Positions 1-15,594 of a DNA stretch of 64,000 bases are shown here, piece after piece. The position numbers and the translations under genes are program-made. Position 1 is the first letter of the stretch; each line of letters starts with the position of its first letter. Below the pieces are notes generated by a model that made no database searches, was not told the DNA's origin, and saw only the letters and a list, made by a program, of their open reading frames with translations. Location: assembly GCF_009914755.1 (NCBI RefSeq), contig NC_060935.1, one strand, 5' to 3'. This DNA is from the human T2T-CHM13v2.0 reference genome, Homo sapiens.

Positions 1-89
1 TTGTATAAGTTGCCTTTTTGTTGGGCTTATCAAAACAAGGAAAGAATTTCCTGGCATCTGTTGGTTCATGATCAGTGGCCGCTATGCTC
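1..89 (-). pseudogene. ENPEP pseudo-exon 2 (5' part)
   Basis: Acceptor ttgtttctaag|GAGCATAGCG. 29 open codons containing the M1-aminopeptidase motif [19 protein letters not shown], with S->F and E->K relative to remembered ENPEP. Confidence 0.92.
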
Positions 90-329
90 CTTAGAAACAA
101 ACACACAAACAAAATGCATGCTGCCTCTTCTGACAACCCCTATGTCTCTATTCCTAGGGAAAAATAAATCAGCTATGCAATTATAACTATTACAGTTCTA
201 AAAATGAGGTACCATCTAGAAAATGATCAAATATTTGTCAAAGGTTTTCCTGGAATTTTTAGGTTAACAAATTTTTAAAAAATCCTGAGACAGATTGCTT
301 CAGATATTTCATTCACATATTTATTTGTC

Positions 330-360
330 AAAAACCGCAGTTACTTTTGCACCAACCTAA
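330..360. mobile_element. MADE1/Hsmar1 mariner terminal inverted repeat (single arm)
   Basis: aaaaaccgcagttacttttgcaccaacctaa matches the Hsmar1 TIR with one mismatch. Confidence 0.85.
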
Positions 361-1157
361 CAGCTATTTTGGTGCCACAACTAAAAATCTGTGGAGAAGC
401 AAAAATAAATCCAATTATGAGCTAGTACTCTCTCCACCCCAAAGCCATTGAGCAACAAGTAGATAAACACAAAGCCAAACTCAAAAGCTTGTGTCTAACT
501 GCCCTTATGGGAAGTGAACAGCTGTCTTCTGTCACAGAGTGATGTTTATTCCAGAGTCCCCAGTCCCTGTCCCTAATGACACATTCTTTGTTATTTATGT
601 TACACCAGGGACAAAACCCTAGTTTCATTTCCATGTAAAGGCAGTGCTGAGTAATCTCTTAGATGAAGTAACCTTTGTCTTAGTTTAAAGCTCACTCTTA
701 AAAAGAGAAAACAGCATTTTATTTTTATGGCTCTAACTAGGCTTATACTTGTGTAAACTAAAATGTTAATGTTTAGTATTTTCATAATTTCAAGGTGAAA
801 ATATTATTTTCTGAGTAATTGCTCAAAAAAACAATAAACATACACTTTTTACATGTAAATGTATTACAGTAAGAGAATATTATATATTTGCTTATTAGAA
901 AATGAAGCAAAGTAAAAAGTATAAAAATAAAGAAATGGTAATTTCTATTCATTAATAATTTGTGTAAGGAAAAATTTTGTCTTTCAGGATTCTTGAAACT
1001 AAGGAAGACATATCATAAACAATATCAGGCTAAGTTATTACATCATCCATTCATCCAAGAAATATTAATTGATCCCCTTCCACACACGCACATGCACACA
1101 CAAGCACCTATGCATGCATGCGTGCACACATGTGCAGACATTTGTCTAGCTGCTGTA

Positions 1158-1888
1158 TGAAACTGCCTTTGCAAAATTATAACAGAGGAAATTATGAGAG
1201 TGAAAAAAGTCAGACCTAACCGACTCCATCTTGCTTTTAACCTTCAAGCTGTACTTGTTCAGTCCTGAGCACAGGCTGAACTAATTTTGGGAAGGAATTT
1301 GGTTCATGGTTTCACTCTGAAACTAAATTGATAATAGCCCTTTCCTGAAAAGACCTCCTTCTTCCCTAGGGACCAGTCTGCCTTTGCAGAACTAACAAAT
1401 TAGGTACAAGATTAGAAATTACAGTTTAGGGGTCATGCAGCCTCTGGCTGTAAGAGTCTCAACCTCCTCAAATTCCTCATGGGGATAACATTACTGCTGT
1501 AAAACCTAAGATTAGCCCTTGAGATATTTTGCAGACTCCGTACTTGATGGATCAGCTAACACCACCCAGGCCAGTAATCTGGCTCAACCAGTTCTGCCAT
1601 GCCACCCAGGAAGAGAAAACAGCAAGAAAAACTCACTTTGACCCTCTATGACTCCATCTCCAACTTGACCAGTCAGCAGTCCCCACTTCCCAAGCCCCTA
1701 CCTGCCAAATTATCTTAAAAACTCTGATCCCCAAATACTGGGGGAGACAAAGTTGAGTAATAATAAAATTCTGGTCTCCTGCACAGCTGGCTCTGTGTGA
1801 ATTACTCCTTCTCCATTTCAATTCCCCCCATCTTGATAAATCGGCTCTGTCTAGGCAGTGGGCAAGGTGAACCCATTGGGCAGTTACA
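1158..1888 (+). mobile_element. ERV1 solo LTR, LTR8A-like
   Basis: TGAAACTGCCTTTGCAAAA...CCCATTGGGCAGTTACA, 731 bp, 4-bp TSD tgta (1154-1157 / 1889-1892). Confidence 0.85.
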
Positions 1889-1899
1889 TGTATAGATAA

Positions 1900-2310
1900 G
1901 ATTCCGTACTGCTTACAGGGTGTTAGACAAGAGACACACAAATAAATAATTTAGGACAGTGATGATAGCTATATAGAAAATAAAACATTGGAAGAGATAG
2001 AGAATGACTAGGAAAAGTGGTAAGCAACATTAAGTAGAGTAGTCACAATCTCTTGGTTTGCCGAGATCTGAATAATGAGAAAAAGCCAGGCAAGTGGAGA
2101 TTCAGGAAAATATGTTCAAGCAGAAGGAACCATAAGTGCAAAGTCCCTAAGATGAAAAAGAACCTGATGTGGTTGAAGAATTGAAAGGTGTCCAGTGTGG
2201 CTAAAGAACACTGAACCAGAGGGACTGGAGCCAGAGATGAGTTTGACATGAGGTCGGCAGAGGCCAGATCAGGAAAATATCAGCAATCATGAGAAGAGCA
2301 TGCATTTTAT
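1900..2310 (-). mobile_element. Ancient L2 fragment
   Basis: Degenerate L2-like motifs (aagtgcaaagtccctaag, ccagtgtggctaaag, ggccagatca); boundaries approximate. Confidence 0.5.
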
Positions 2311-2329
2311 TTTGGTTCAAGGATTTATT

Positions 2330-3273
2330 ACAGTCAAAGATTTGACTGCCGTTGGCCAAATATGGGAGTATTGGAACATCAAAATAAACAATGGGATTAC
2401 AACTCATTGAATAAATTAATAATCTTTGAGTCCTTACTCTGATTTTTTAAATGAAGAAATAAATGGGTGAGAAGGGAAATTTCTTCCTTCCAGTAGATTG
2501 TCTACTAATAATATTTGAAGAAAAAATTGATATTTAAAAAATCATCAGTGGATGCCAAAACAAGGGGATGAAACTTTGGTAAGGAAGGGATATTTGCAAG
2601 GTTTCAAAAACAACTCCCTGAAAGTTACCTAAAGAGAAACATCGTAACTTTACAATGGAGACACTTGTTGGACACTACCTTAAGCAAGCTATCAAAGCAA
2701 GCATCACTAACAATAGTTCAAATCAGCACAGTGTGTCTCTAATGTGATTTCCTGAGAGAGACACATCACTTCTGTGATAGTCCTGACAGCAACAACAACA
2801 ACAACAAAAAGCTTAACTTGCATTTTTAAATCATGAGGAAAATCAGACAAATTAAAACTGAGGGACATTCTCAAAATAGCTTGCCTGTATTCTTCAAAAA
2901 ATATTAACTTTAGAAAGACGAAGAAGGACTAAAGGACTGGTTTCAGTTTAAAAGAGTCTAAAAGTGCATGACGCTAAATTCCAGACTGGGTACTGGACTG
3001 GGAAAAAAAAATCATTCAAAAAGACATCATTAGGTTAGTTGATAAAATTCTGTTACAGACTGTGAATTGGATAATTGTATCAATGTTAAATTTCATGATT
3101 TTGATGACCGTACTATGGTTATTTTAGAGAATGACCCCATACTTAAGAAATATGCTCTTATGTTAACGGGTAAAGGGAGAGGATGTTTCCATGTGCTCTG
3201 GAAAGGAAGGGGAAGGGGTACAGGCTAAAATGTAAACAACTGGTTTATCTAGTTTAAGTATTTCTAGGAATTC
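2330..3273 (+). mobile_element. Ancient L1M 3' region, interrupted by LTR12 and resuming ~4859-4910
   Basis: L1MC/ME-like 3'UTR motifs (gtatcaatgttaaatttc, gagtttgaaattatg...aataaagt). Confidence 0.55.
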
Positions 3274-3277
3274 CTAG

Positions 3278-4854
3278 TGTGTCTGGAATTGGTGGGTTCT
3301 TGGTCTCACTTACATCAAGAATGAAGCCGGTGACACTTGCAGTGAGTGTTACAGCTCTTAAGGTGGCGCCTCTGGAGTTTGTTCCTTCTGATGTTCGGAT
3401 GTGTTCGGAGTTTCTTCCTTCCGGTGGGTTCGTGGTCTCCCTGGCTCAGGAGTGAAGCTGCAGACCTTCATGGTGAGTGTTACAGCTCTTAAGGAGGCGC
3501 GTCTGGAGTTGTTCTTCCTCCCAGTGGGCTCCTGGTCTCGCTGGCTTAAGGAGTGAAGCTGCAAACCTTCGCGGTAAGTGTTACAGCTCGTAAAAGCAGT
3601 GTGGACCCAAAGAGTGAGCAGCAGCAAGATTTATTGCAAAGAGCAAAAAAGAACAAAGCTTCCACAGTGTGGAAGGGGATGCCAGCGGCTTGGCACTGCT
3701 GGCTGGGGCAGTCTGCTTTTATTCTCTTATCTGGCCCCACCCACATCCTGCTGATTGGTACAGCCCAGTGGTCTGTTTTGACAGGGTGCTGATTGGTGCG
3801 TTTACAATCCCTGAGCTAGACACAAAGGTTCTCCAAGTCCCCACTAGATTAGCTAGATACAGAGTGTCTCCAAGTCCCCACCAGAGTAGCCAGATACAGT
3901 GTCGATTGGTGCATTCACAAACCCTGAGCTACACACAGGGTGCTGATTGGTGTGTTTACAAACCTTGAGCTAGATACAGAGTGCCAATTGGTGTATTTAC
4001 AATCCCTGAGCTAGACATAAAGGTTCTCCAAGGCCCCACCAGAGTAGCTAGATACAGAGTGTCCATTGGTGCATTCACAAACCCTGAGCTAGACACAGGA
4101 TGCTGATTGGTGTGTTTACAAACCTTGAGCTAGATACAGAATGCCGATTGGTGTATTTACAATCCCTGAGCTAGACATAAAGGTTCTCCACATCCTCACC
4201 AGACTCAGGAGCCCAGCTGGCTTCACCCAGTGGATCCCGCCCTGGGGCTGCAGGTGGAGCTGCCTGCCAGTCCAGCGCAGTGTGCCCGCACTCCTCAGCC
4301 CTTGGGTGGTCGATGGGACTGGGTGCCATGGAGCAGGGTGCAGCGCTCGTTGGGGAGGCTTGGGCCCCACAGGAGCCCACGGAGTGGGTGGGGAGGCTTA
4401 GGCATGGTGGGCTGCAGGTCCGGAGCCCTGCCCCGTGGGAAGGCAGCTAAGGCCCGGCGAGAAATCAAGTGCAGTGCCAGTGGGCCGGCACTGCTGGTGG
4501 ACCCTGTACACCCTCTGCAGCCGCTGGCCTGGGTGCTAAGCCCCTCATTGCCCAGGGCCGGCAGGGCCGGCTGGCTGCTCCGAGTGTGGGGCCCACCAAG
4601 CCCATGCCCACCCGGAACTCCAGCTGGCCCGCAAGCGTGGCACGCAGCCCCGGTTCCCGCTTGCTCCTCTCCCTACACACCTCCCTGCAAGCTGAGGGAG
4701 CCGGCTCCGGCCTTGGCCAGCCCAGAAAGGGGCTCCCACAGTACAGCGGTGGGCTGAAGGGCTCCTCATGTGCCTCCAAAGTGGGAGCCCAGGCAGAGGA
4801 GGTGTGGAGAGCCAGCGAGGGCTGTGAGGACTGCCAGCACGCTGTCACCTCTCA
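3278..4854 (-). mobile_element. HERV9 solo LTR (LTR12C-like) in pseudogene intron 1, sense to the pseudogene
   Basis: Reverse complement starts TGAGAGGTGACAGCGTGCTGGCAG and ends CCACCAATTCCAGACACA. Tandem CCAAT repeats, GATA plus AATAAAA box at 3732-3717. TSD ctag (3274-3277 / 4855-4858). Confidence 0.95.
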
Positions 4855-7124
4855 CTAGTACCATTCTTATAACTCTCCTATGAGTTTGAAATTATGTCAC
4901 AATAAAGTTACCCAAGAAAAGCCTCAGTTAAGAATTCATTCTGCAGTAGAACATTCACTGATTAGTTTTGTGACATTAACACTTTAGTCAATTGAAGCTT
5001 CTAAACATCTTGCAGATTGTAGTTAATGGTAAATATATCAGACTCTAAAAAAGTCTGTACACTTTCCCAGAGTATGAAAGTTTTATAATAAGTTCCATCA
5101 AGCTCCAACCCCATGTTTAGTCAGCTGCCTTTTTCTTCTGAATTCTTCTGGCTTCTGATGTTTTCCAGAGGCAGAGGAAAAGGAAAAGTCACTCACCAGA
5201 AGAAGGTCTCAGCTGAGTCACAACTCAGAAATAGGCCAGCTAACTAATTTGAGAAGATGAGTGCGCATGCATGCGCACCACACACATCTTCATGTGTGGG
5301 AGGTGTGAGGAAGGAGGGAGTGGAATCACACTTTCCTAAGCTATAGCCATGAGAATGTTTTCAAATACTCTATTTTACTCTTGGCTGGATGCTAGAAAAT
5401 ACATATATGTATAAAATCCTAAGAACCCAGGAAAGAAAAGATTTTTCAATCCTTTTCTCACCTTCTCTCTTTAAAAGACATTCTGCTTGATTGTAGGCAA
5501 AAACTACCTTCCTAAATTAGTGTATTCCTGAGCTTGCCAATGGACATGGAACAGAACAGTGTGGGAGATTTCTCCGTGGAGTGTGTTTGGTCCAGCTCTG
5601 TGGTCCTCTCAGCAAATGTCAATCACAGCAAGTCTAACTCAATCACAGTGACCCAGATATAGATACAGTGATATTCATCAATCAGAAGAGCTATAAAATG
5701 TTTATTTTCTTTTTCTTTTTTTAAAGTTCAGAACCAATATGATTTTATGGGGAAAACCCTTTCCTAAGAGCAAAAATTCTTACATCCTAATCCTACTTCA
5801 GCCACTTAAGTGTGATCTTGACCAAGTCACAAAACCTAAGACTTTTAGTGTCCTCATCTGTAAAACCTGGTCACGAGAGCATGCATGGCTTCTTCACAGC
5901 ATTATGGGGAAGTGAGCAGGGGTAGATTACATGTAGTAATACATTTGAAACCTCCTTAAAATTTACATAATCCAGTTAGGATATACATCATTCTACATCT
6001 TATAAATCTAGAATGCTAACTGTGCTTTCTGGCATAGCACTTTCACAATCTGAAATATTTCAAATTCTTTCATTTGACTGCAACATATACTGGAACAAAA
6101 TTACTTGGTGTATATACACTATGGGCAATATAAGCATTTTTAAAATGGTAGCCTGTTCTTTTTCTCATGAACTTCAGAATAACTCAAAAGCTGCTTTTAT
6201 ATATCCTGAATTCCATCAGTCGGCCCTAAACTTTCTAAGTGTATGCAAAGTTGAAAATAAGGAGTAAGAGATAACAATACAAAACAATTCTAGATCACAA
6301 CTTCTTTGGGAAGGTTTTATTCAGTGATTAAAATCAGATGACTTGCATTGCAAATTAAGAGAAAAAGGCTGACTAATAGTACCACATGTTCAGGAGTGAC
6401 TCGTGGGTATGTCCTGAATAATTATCACACCAGGCAAATGTGTTGGAGTAAACCACTTTCCCACAAGGGCCTCCCTATGCCACATTAATAGGTCACTTAC
6501 TAGACTTAGCACAATAAAATGATAGTCTATGCAATTTAGTCATTTCCAAAAGGGAAGAGCATTTCTCTGGCACCTGAGTGGATCAGATCAAGGTGACTTT
6601 AGAGAAAACTGAAGGAGAAGGGGCGATGGCACAAGCTATGGTTTGGATCACTCTGAATCGACTCAAAAAAAAAAAAAGGTACCTAATTATCTCATAAATC
6701 TTTTGGTACACTGTTTCCAGTGAAGACTCTGACTGTGTTGAGCAAATAAGTTGAACCAGCAAAATAAACAGCAAGTTTTGGATGAAATCCTTAAATATAG
6801 AGCTTCTGATTCAGGACAGGTAGTCACATTTGCTAGGGGTCTATATAGACTAAATGAAGTGTTCCAGAATTACATAGGGGAGATTGGTAAAAAACAACCC
6901 CTCTAGATTGTTAAGACCTCTATGTATTTTTATGGTGGTTTGAATGAATCAGTTAGTTATTTAACTTTATTTACCAATTGCGGTTTTTCTTTGTAGAAGA
7001 TATTCAAGGTCAGGTAAAATTTCTTTTTGTTTCCTTGCTTCCAAAAAAAAAGAAATTTACTTAGCCTCCTGCATCAAGTAAACAAGACCAAAAAGAAAAT
7101 GTATTCTTTTACTCATTTATTTAT

Positions 7125-8745
<1,621 letters not shown>

Positions 8746-8867
8746 TAATATCTCAGCATACCAATCTAAGAATATAATGAATAAACAGACATACAACAAA
8801 AATTTCAAGATCAAAACTACATTTGCTTGAGTATAAATACACATCCATGCACATAAAAATACATTAC

Positions 8868-8899
<32 letters not shown>
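8868..8899. repeat. (CA)n microsatellite
   Basis: Interrupted CA run. Confidence 0.9.
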
Positions 8900-9707
8900 T
8901 CTTAATGATGATTGTCTCACTGATGTCTCCACTCAACTTCTAAATCTTTATTACAAGCTCTAACCTGTGCTTCAGACTTACTTATGCAAGTGCCTACTAG
9001 TCATCTCTTCCTAGATGTCTGACAAGCCATCAAAACATCTGACACTGAACTTATGACCCTCCCTTCTAACCTGGCCACTTCCCTCCTATTTCCAATATCA
9101 ACTGAAGTGAAGGCTAGCTGGTGTATCCTAGATGCATAACATTAACTCACTCTTCCTCATAGTCAATCAGTTGGCAAATCTTTACTTTACCTCCAAACTA
9201 TTTTCTCCATTGTGCCATCTCTTCTCTATCCTGAAATCACTTTTCCTATCTGATCTTTATCTTCTCTTTCCTGGCTTGTTGCAATAGCTTTCATATACCC
9301 AAGTGTATAGTTAACTCTTTCTTTCACCATCTGTATACAAAAAGTCACCAGGTAATTTCTCCTTCATAATGCCTATCATGGCTATTTTTCCTTTTCCTCC
9401 ATATGGGTTTTCCTCAGTGATACCTAGCTAGCCTTTTCATATAAACTTCCCCTACAAACTAATTTTCTTGTCCCCACTATGCTTTTCTAACTTGGTGCCT
9501 TTCCTTTTTGCCTGCTTTTACTTCCCCATTTGTCTCTGCTGCTGAACTCCCACCATAACATCAAAATTCAGCTTAAATCCTACTAGTGCTACAAAGAACA
9601 CCTTGGAAGCCCAAACTAGAGATGATCTCTTTAAAATTCCGGTTGTACTTCTGGTCAATTCCACTGTTTCTTTGCCTTTAAACTATGGAGATTGCATTCC
9701 TAAATAC

Positions 9708-12190
9708 AAATATATATATATTTATATATGTATTTTTATATATAATATATTAAATATATTATATATATAATTATATATATAATTAATATATTTTATATAT
9801 ATTATATATGTAATATATATTATATGTATATGTATGTATACATATACGTATATGTATGTATACATATACATATACGTATATGTATGTATACATATACATA
9901 TACGTATATGTATGTATACATATACATATATGTATATGTATATATGTATATATATAATATATTTAATACATATTTTATATTATATATAATATATGTAATA
10001 TATATTTTATATTATATATAATATATGTAATATATATTTTATATTACATATATGTAATATATAATATATATAATATATATTTTATATAATATATAATATA
10101 TGCAATATATTATATATTATATATAATATATCTAATATATATTAGATATATTATATATAATATAAAATATATCCTTTATATTATATATTATATATAATAT
10201 ATATTATATATTATATATTTTATATAATATATAATATATAATATATATAATATATATTTTATATTATATATAATATATATAATATATATTTTATATATAA
10301 TATATATAATATATATTTTATATATAATATATATATTATATATATTATTAATATATTATATATTGTAAATTATATATAATATATATTATATATTTTATAT
10401 ATATTATACGTTATATGTAATATATAATATATATTATATATTATACGTTATATGTAATATATGATATACATTATATATTATACGTTATATATAACGTATA
10501 TGATATATATTATATATAACGTATATAACGTATAATATATATTATATATAACGTGTAATATATGATATATTACATATAACATATATGATATATATGATAT
10601 ATATTATATATAACGTATAATATATGATATATATGATATATATTATATATAACGTATAATATATGATATATATGATATATATTATATATAACGTATAATA
10701 TATGATATATATTATATATAACGTATAATATATGATATATATTATATATAACGTACAATATATGATATATATTATATATAACGTACAATATATGATTTAT
10801 ATTATATATAACGTATAATATATGATATATATTATATATAACGTACAATATATGATATATATTATATATAACGTATAATACATGATATATATTATATATA
10901 ACGTACAATATGATATATATTATATATAACTTATAATACATGATATATAATATATAACGTATAATACATGATATATATTATATATAACGTATAATACATG
11001 ATATATATTATATATAATGTATAATACATGATATATTATATATAATGCATAATAATATGTAATATATGAATATATATGATATATTAATATATTAGTAATA
11101 TATAATATATCAATACTATATATTATATATTATTAATATATAGTATATATTAATATCACATATTATATATCAATACTATATATTATATATTAATACTATA
11201 TATTACATATCAATACTTTATATTATATATTAATATATATTATATATTAATACTATATATTATGTATTATTAATATATAGTATATATTAATACTATATAT
11301 TATATATCAATACTATATGTTATATATTAATAAGATATATTATATATCAATACTTTATATTATATATTAATAATATATATTATATATTAATAATATATAT
11401 TATATATGAATAATATATATTATATATTAGTACTATATATTATATATTAATAATATATTATATATTAATACTATATATTATATAATAATATATTATATAT
11501 TAATAATATATATTATATAATAATATATTATATATTATTAATATATATTATATATTAATAATATGTTATATATTATGAATATATATTATATATTATTAAT
11601 ATACTATATATTCATAATATATTATATATTAATATATTATGTATTAATAATATATATTATATATTAATACTATATATTATATATTAATAATATATATTAT
11701 ATATTAATACTATATATTATATATTAATAATATATATTATATGTTAATACTATATATTATATATTAATACTATATATTATATATTAATACTATTATATAT
11801 TAATACTATATATTATATATTAATACTATTATATATTAATAATATATATTATATATTAATACTATCTATTATATATTAATACTATTATATATTAATACTA
11901 TCTATTATGTATTAATACTATCTATTATATATTGATAGTATATATAATTATATATAATATATTTATTATATATTATATATTATATACATTATATATTATA
12001 TATATTATATAATAAATATATATAGTATATAATATATTTATTATATAATATATGTAATATATAAACTATTATATACAATATATATTATATACAATACATA
12101 ATAAATATATATTATATGTAAAAATATACTATATATATTATATATAACATATATTTTATATATATACACATACACACACACATACACATA
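9708..12190. repeat. ~2.5-kb AT island: (TA)n-derived sequence with nested minisatellites
   Basis: Almost pure A/T. 30-bp unit TATGATATATATTATATATAACGTA(T/C)AATA at ~10560-11040 and ~20-bp unit TATATTATATATTAATACTA at ~11100-11940. Confidence 0.97.
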
Positions 12191-12524
12191 TAAACTCTTC
12201 CCTTCCACAGGGTAGGGAGAAAAGGAAACTTTCACCCTAAGTGGGATTGTAGAGATGTTATTGGTGGAAGTTAGCCTCGTTTATGGGAAAGGAGCTGTGG
12301 TAATGCAATGTGTCCCAGCATTTGCCAGAGGATACTAATCATGTGAGAGCTTATATGAAAATATTTCAATATATTCAATTTAACAATATTTCAGTGCTCA
12401 CTGTGTGCCAAACAGTAAATGAGAGACATATATCCCTACTCTTAGGAACCCCACAGAAGAATCCATAGTCACAGATACTTGGGAAACTACATAGTGGACA
12501 TTATCATATAAAAGCCTCTGTAAA

Positions 12525-12640
12525 CCCTGTAATCCCAGCAACTCAGAAAGCTGAGGTGGTTGGATCACTTGAACTCATGAACTCATGAGTTTGAGCCAGG
12601 AGTTCTATCCCAGCCTGGACTTCATCTCTTAAAAAAAAAG
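12525..12640 (+). mobile_element. Degenerate Alu monomer (FLAM-like)
   Basis: cctgtaatcccagc...gctgaggt...ggatcacttga...cagcctgg plus A tail. Confidence 0.7.
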
Positions 12641-15090
12641 TCTCTAAAAACTTCCATAATTAAAAAACAAAATCCAAAACAGATCATTTTGTATTTGGTA
12701 TTATTGCATAAAGTGATTTAGCCACAGAATCTCTCCCCTGCCATTTTTCTGGTAATATCTACTAAGATCCCCACGCAACTAGAATTCTGCAGTACATACT
12801 TTGGGAAATGCTAAGTAAGCATAATTCAAATGCTGACAAGGAAAAGCCAAATCTTGGAGAGAAGAAAACATATACTTTGGAGTTTGAGTAGAGGGAAATT
12901 CTTTTAGGGAAGGGAACAGCTGGAAATCCTGCATAATACAGTGAGAAAATGGGAAGAAGGAGGGTGTGGTCAGAGAAACATTCCAAAGACTCCAATCCTT
13001 CCAAATGATTTTCCTCAGACCCTAACGAATAGACTAGAGTAGGAAGAGGTAGATCAATAAAGGAAAAGTGACTGGATGTTTCTCAAACTTTCTCCTCCCA
13101 TACCCCACTACAAATCTCTCCCTAGAAAGACAATGTGGAATTCTAAATTGTGTCCCCTTTCTTCCCCATATCTCAATCTTGAGAGAAAGCATCTTTGGTA
13201 GCTGTGAAGTTTGTGAAGCTCAAAGTCCTGATTGTATTTACAGAAATTAAGTAATTTTGGTTACTACTGAGTGCAATCCTGTTTCGTTTGCATTGTGGTT
13301 GTCACATTAATATCCCTAAATGGTAATACTCAATCTGGAGTTACATTTTACGTTAAGGTCAAAAATATAATTTTGACTCTGTACTACTACGATGACATCT
13401 TAAATGATACAAACATCATATATGATGAAGCTCACTCTGTAGTATGAAAGAATGGCTCTGCCCCAGTGAACTCCCTCTGGTGGCTCTTACATAAAGCCTG
13501 TGGATCATAACTCCTACAGGCTGCATTGCCAAAATATTACTCACAGGCTTGAAAAAAAAGCATGATGCACTTTTCCCATAATGCTTGAAATATTTCAGAC
13601 AAGGAAAACATAAAGTATTCCACTTAGCCTAAATGAGGTTATTGAGATGATGCCAGATCTGTTCCAAAACCACATGTGTGCAGTACAGAACTGGTAGCAT
13701 CTTGTGTAATGTGAGAGCTTAAACTGCTCCCAGTGAAACATACAAACTTGGGAACAGCAATTCTCAGTGAGAACTGAACTAAGCATCAGCCTTCATCACT
13801 GATTTTGCCGTCATTTCATATTCTCCAATGAAAATTAAATCAACTGAGCTTCAGAAGGGCAGCTCTCTGGTATATATTTTATGGCAAAATTAACTGGTAC
13901 AGTAAAATGACTCAAAGAGTGAGAGTATTTGTGTACATAATGCTTTATTAGACTTACGAAGTACATAATAAAAACTTATTAATGGAAACTACATAGTTCC
14001 AATTTTTAGCCTTCCTAATATGTGTAAAATTTTATTTCATTTATTTTATAAATATTTTGATGATTTTACTCACATAAAATGTCTCTTGTATTTATGACCT
14101 AAGAAGCAGTTTTAAAGTTTTAGCAATAATGTTTTAAAAATCTTGACTCACTTTCACTTTAATGAATTTTTAGAATCTCTTTAAGGTGGATATTCTTCAG
14201 AATATTGCCCTTCCCTCAACCATTGGCAAATACTTTTAAAAAATCATTGTATTGTTAGGCTCAGAGACATAGGTGCTTTCATACATTGTGGGTGGAAACC
14301 GAGTTTGGGACTATTTTTTGAAAGTCAGTTTGGAGACACATACACATGCATACACATGTTCATGTATATATATGTTATATATGTATATGCATGTACATAT
14401 ATATACACAGACATACATGCATTTATACACAGGTAGTTTTGGCCCATCTTCTAGGAACTTTCTTAAAGAAATATTAGAAAATGTTCATAAATTGTTATTT
14501 ACAAGGACAGTCAATATAAGCATGTGCCTTCTTCGAGATCCTTATAGGTGAAAAAATAGGAGCAACTTAAATACCCACATTTAATGGAAAAGTGAATCAA
14601 CTACATTGTAGTCATGCAATGGCCTACCATGTATCCATCAAATCATTTGTGGAAGAACACCAAATGGCATATTAAAACATTGATGCTATATTGAAAAAGC
14701 ATGTTACACAATAGTATGTATAATATAATTATGCCATAGCTATCTATGTCCAGAAAAGTACTAAAACAGTTTCTGCCTAAATGTTAACAATAGCTATACT
14801 TGGGTAAAGAATTTATGGATGAGTTTATTTTTTTCTTATCATTTTCTGTTTTCTGAGTTTTCTTCAATAAATGTATATTATTTATGTTATCAATAAACAA
14901 AATAACTATTACAATATCTTGGTATATTTGTACACTTTGACCCAGCAATTCCATTTTTAGGACTATATCCTAACCTAAGGAAATAAACAGATGTACACAC
15001 AAAGAGATATTTAGAACTATGTTCTTTGGTGATTTGTTTATAATAATAAAATATTAGAAACAAATCAAATGCTCAACAATAGAACAATAG

Positions 15091-15432
<342 letters not shown>

Positions 15433-15461
15433 AGTATTTCACATTTTAAAATCAAATTCTT

Positions 15462-15594
15462 GGCTGTGTGCAGTGGCTCATGCCTATAATCCAAGCACTT
15501 TGAGAAGTGGAGGCAGGAGTATTGCTTGAGCCCAGGAGTTCAAGACCAGCCTGGGCAACACAGCAATACCCTGTCTCAATAAAAAACAAAAAAC
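15462..15594 (+). mobile_element. FLAM_C-like Alu monomer
   Basis: Left-monomer sequence with A tail. Confidence 0.85.

Noticed and set aside
3780-4200. Regularly spaced direct repeats resembling a CRISPR array (also 24040-24500)
   Set aside because: Known LTR12 U3 enhancer repeats in a primate genome; the spacers are themselves repeated and there are no cas genes.
3358-4858. Overlapping ORFs up to 175 aa (and up to 208 aa at 23288-24869)
   Set aside because: Lie within GC-rich LTR12 sequence, where stop codons are rare.
5261-5278. 18-bp palindrome gtgcgcatgcatgcgcac resembling an NRF1 site
   Set aside because: Sits in a purine-pyrimidine microsatellite context, does not match full NRF1 spacing and has no promoter context.
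9824-12235. Tyr/Ile-rich ORFs
   Set aside because: Translations of AT minisatellites.
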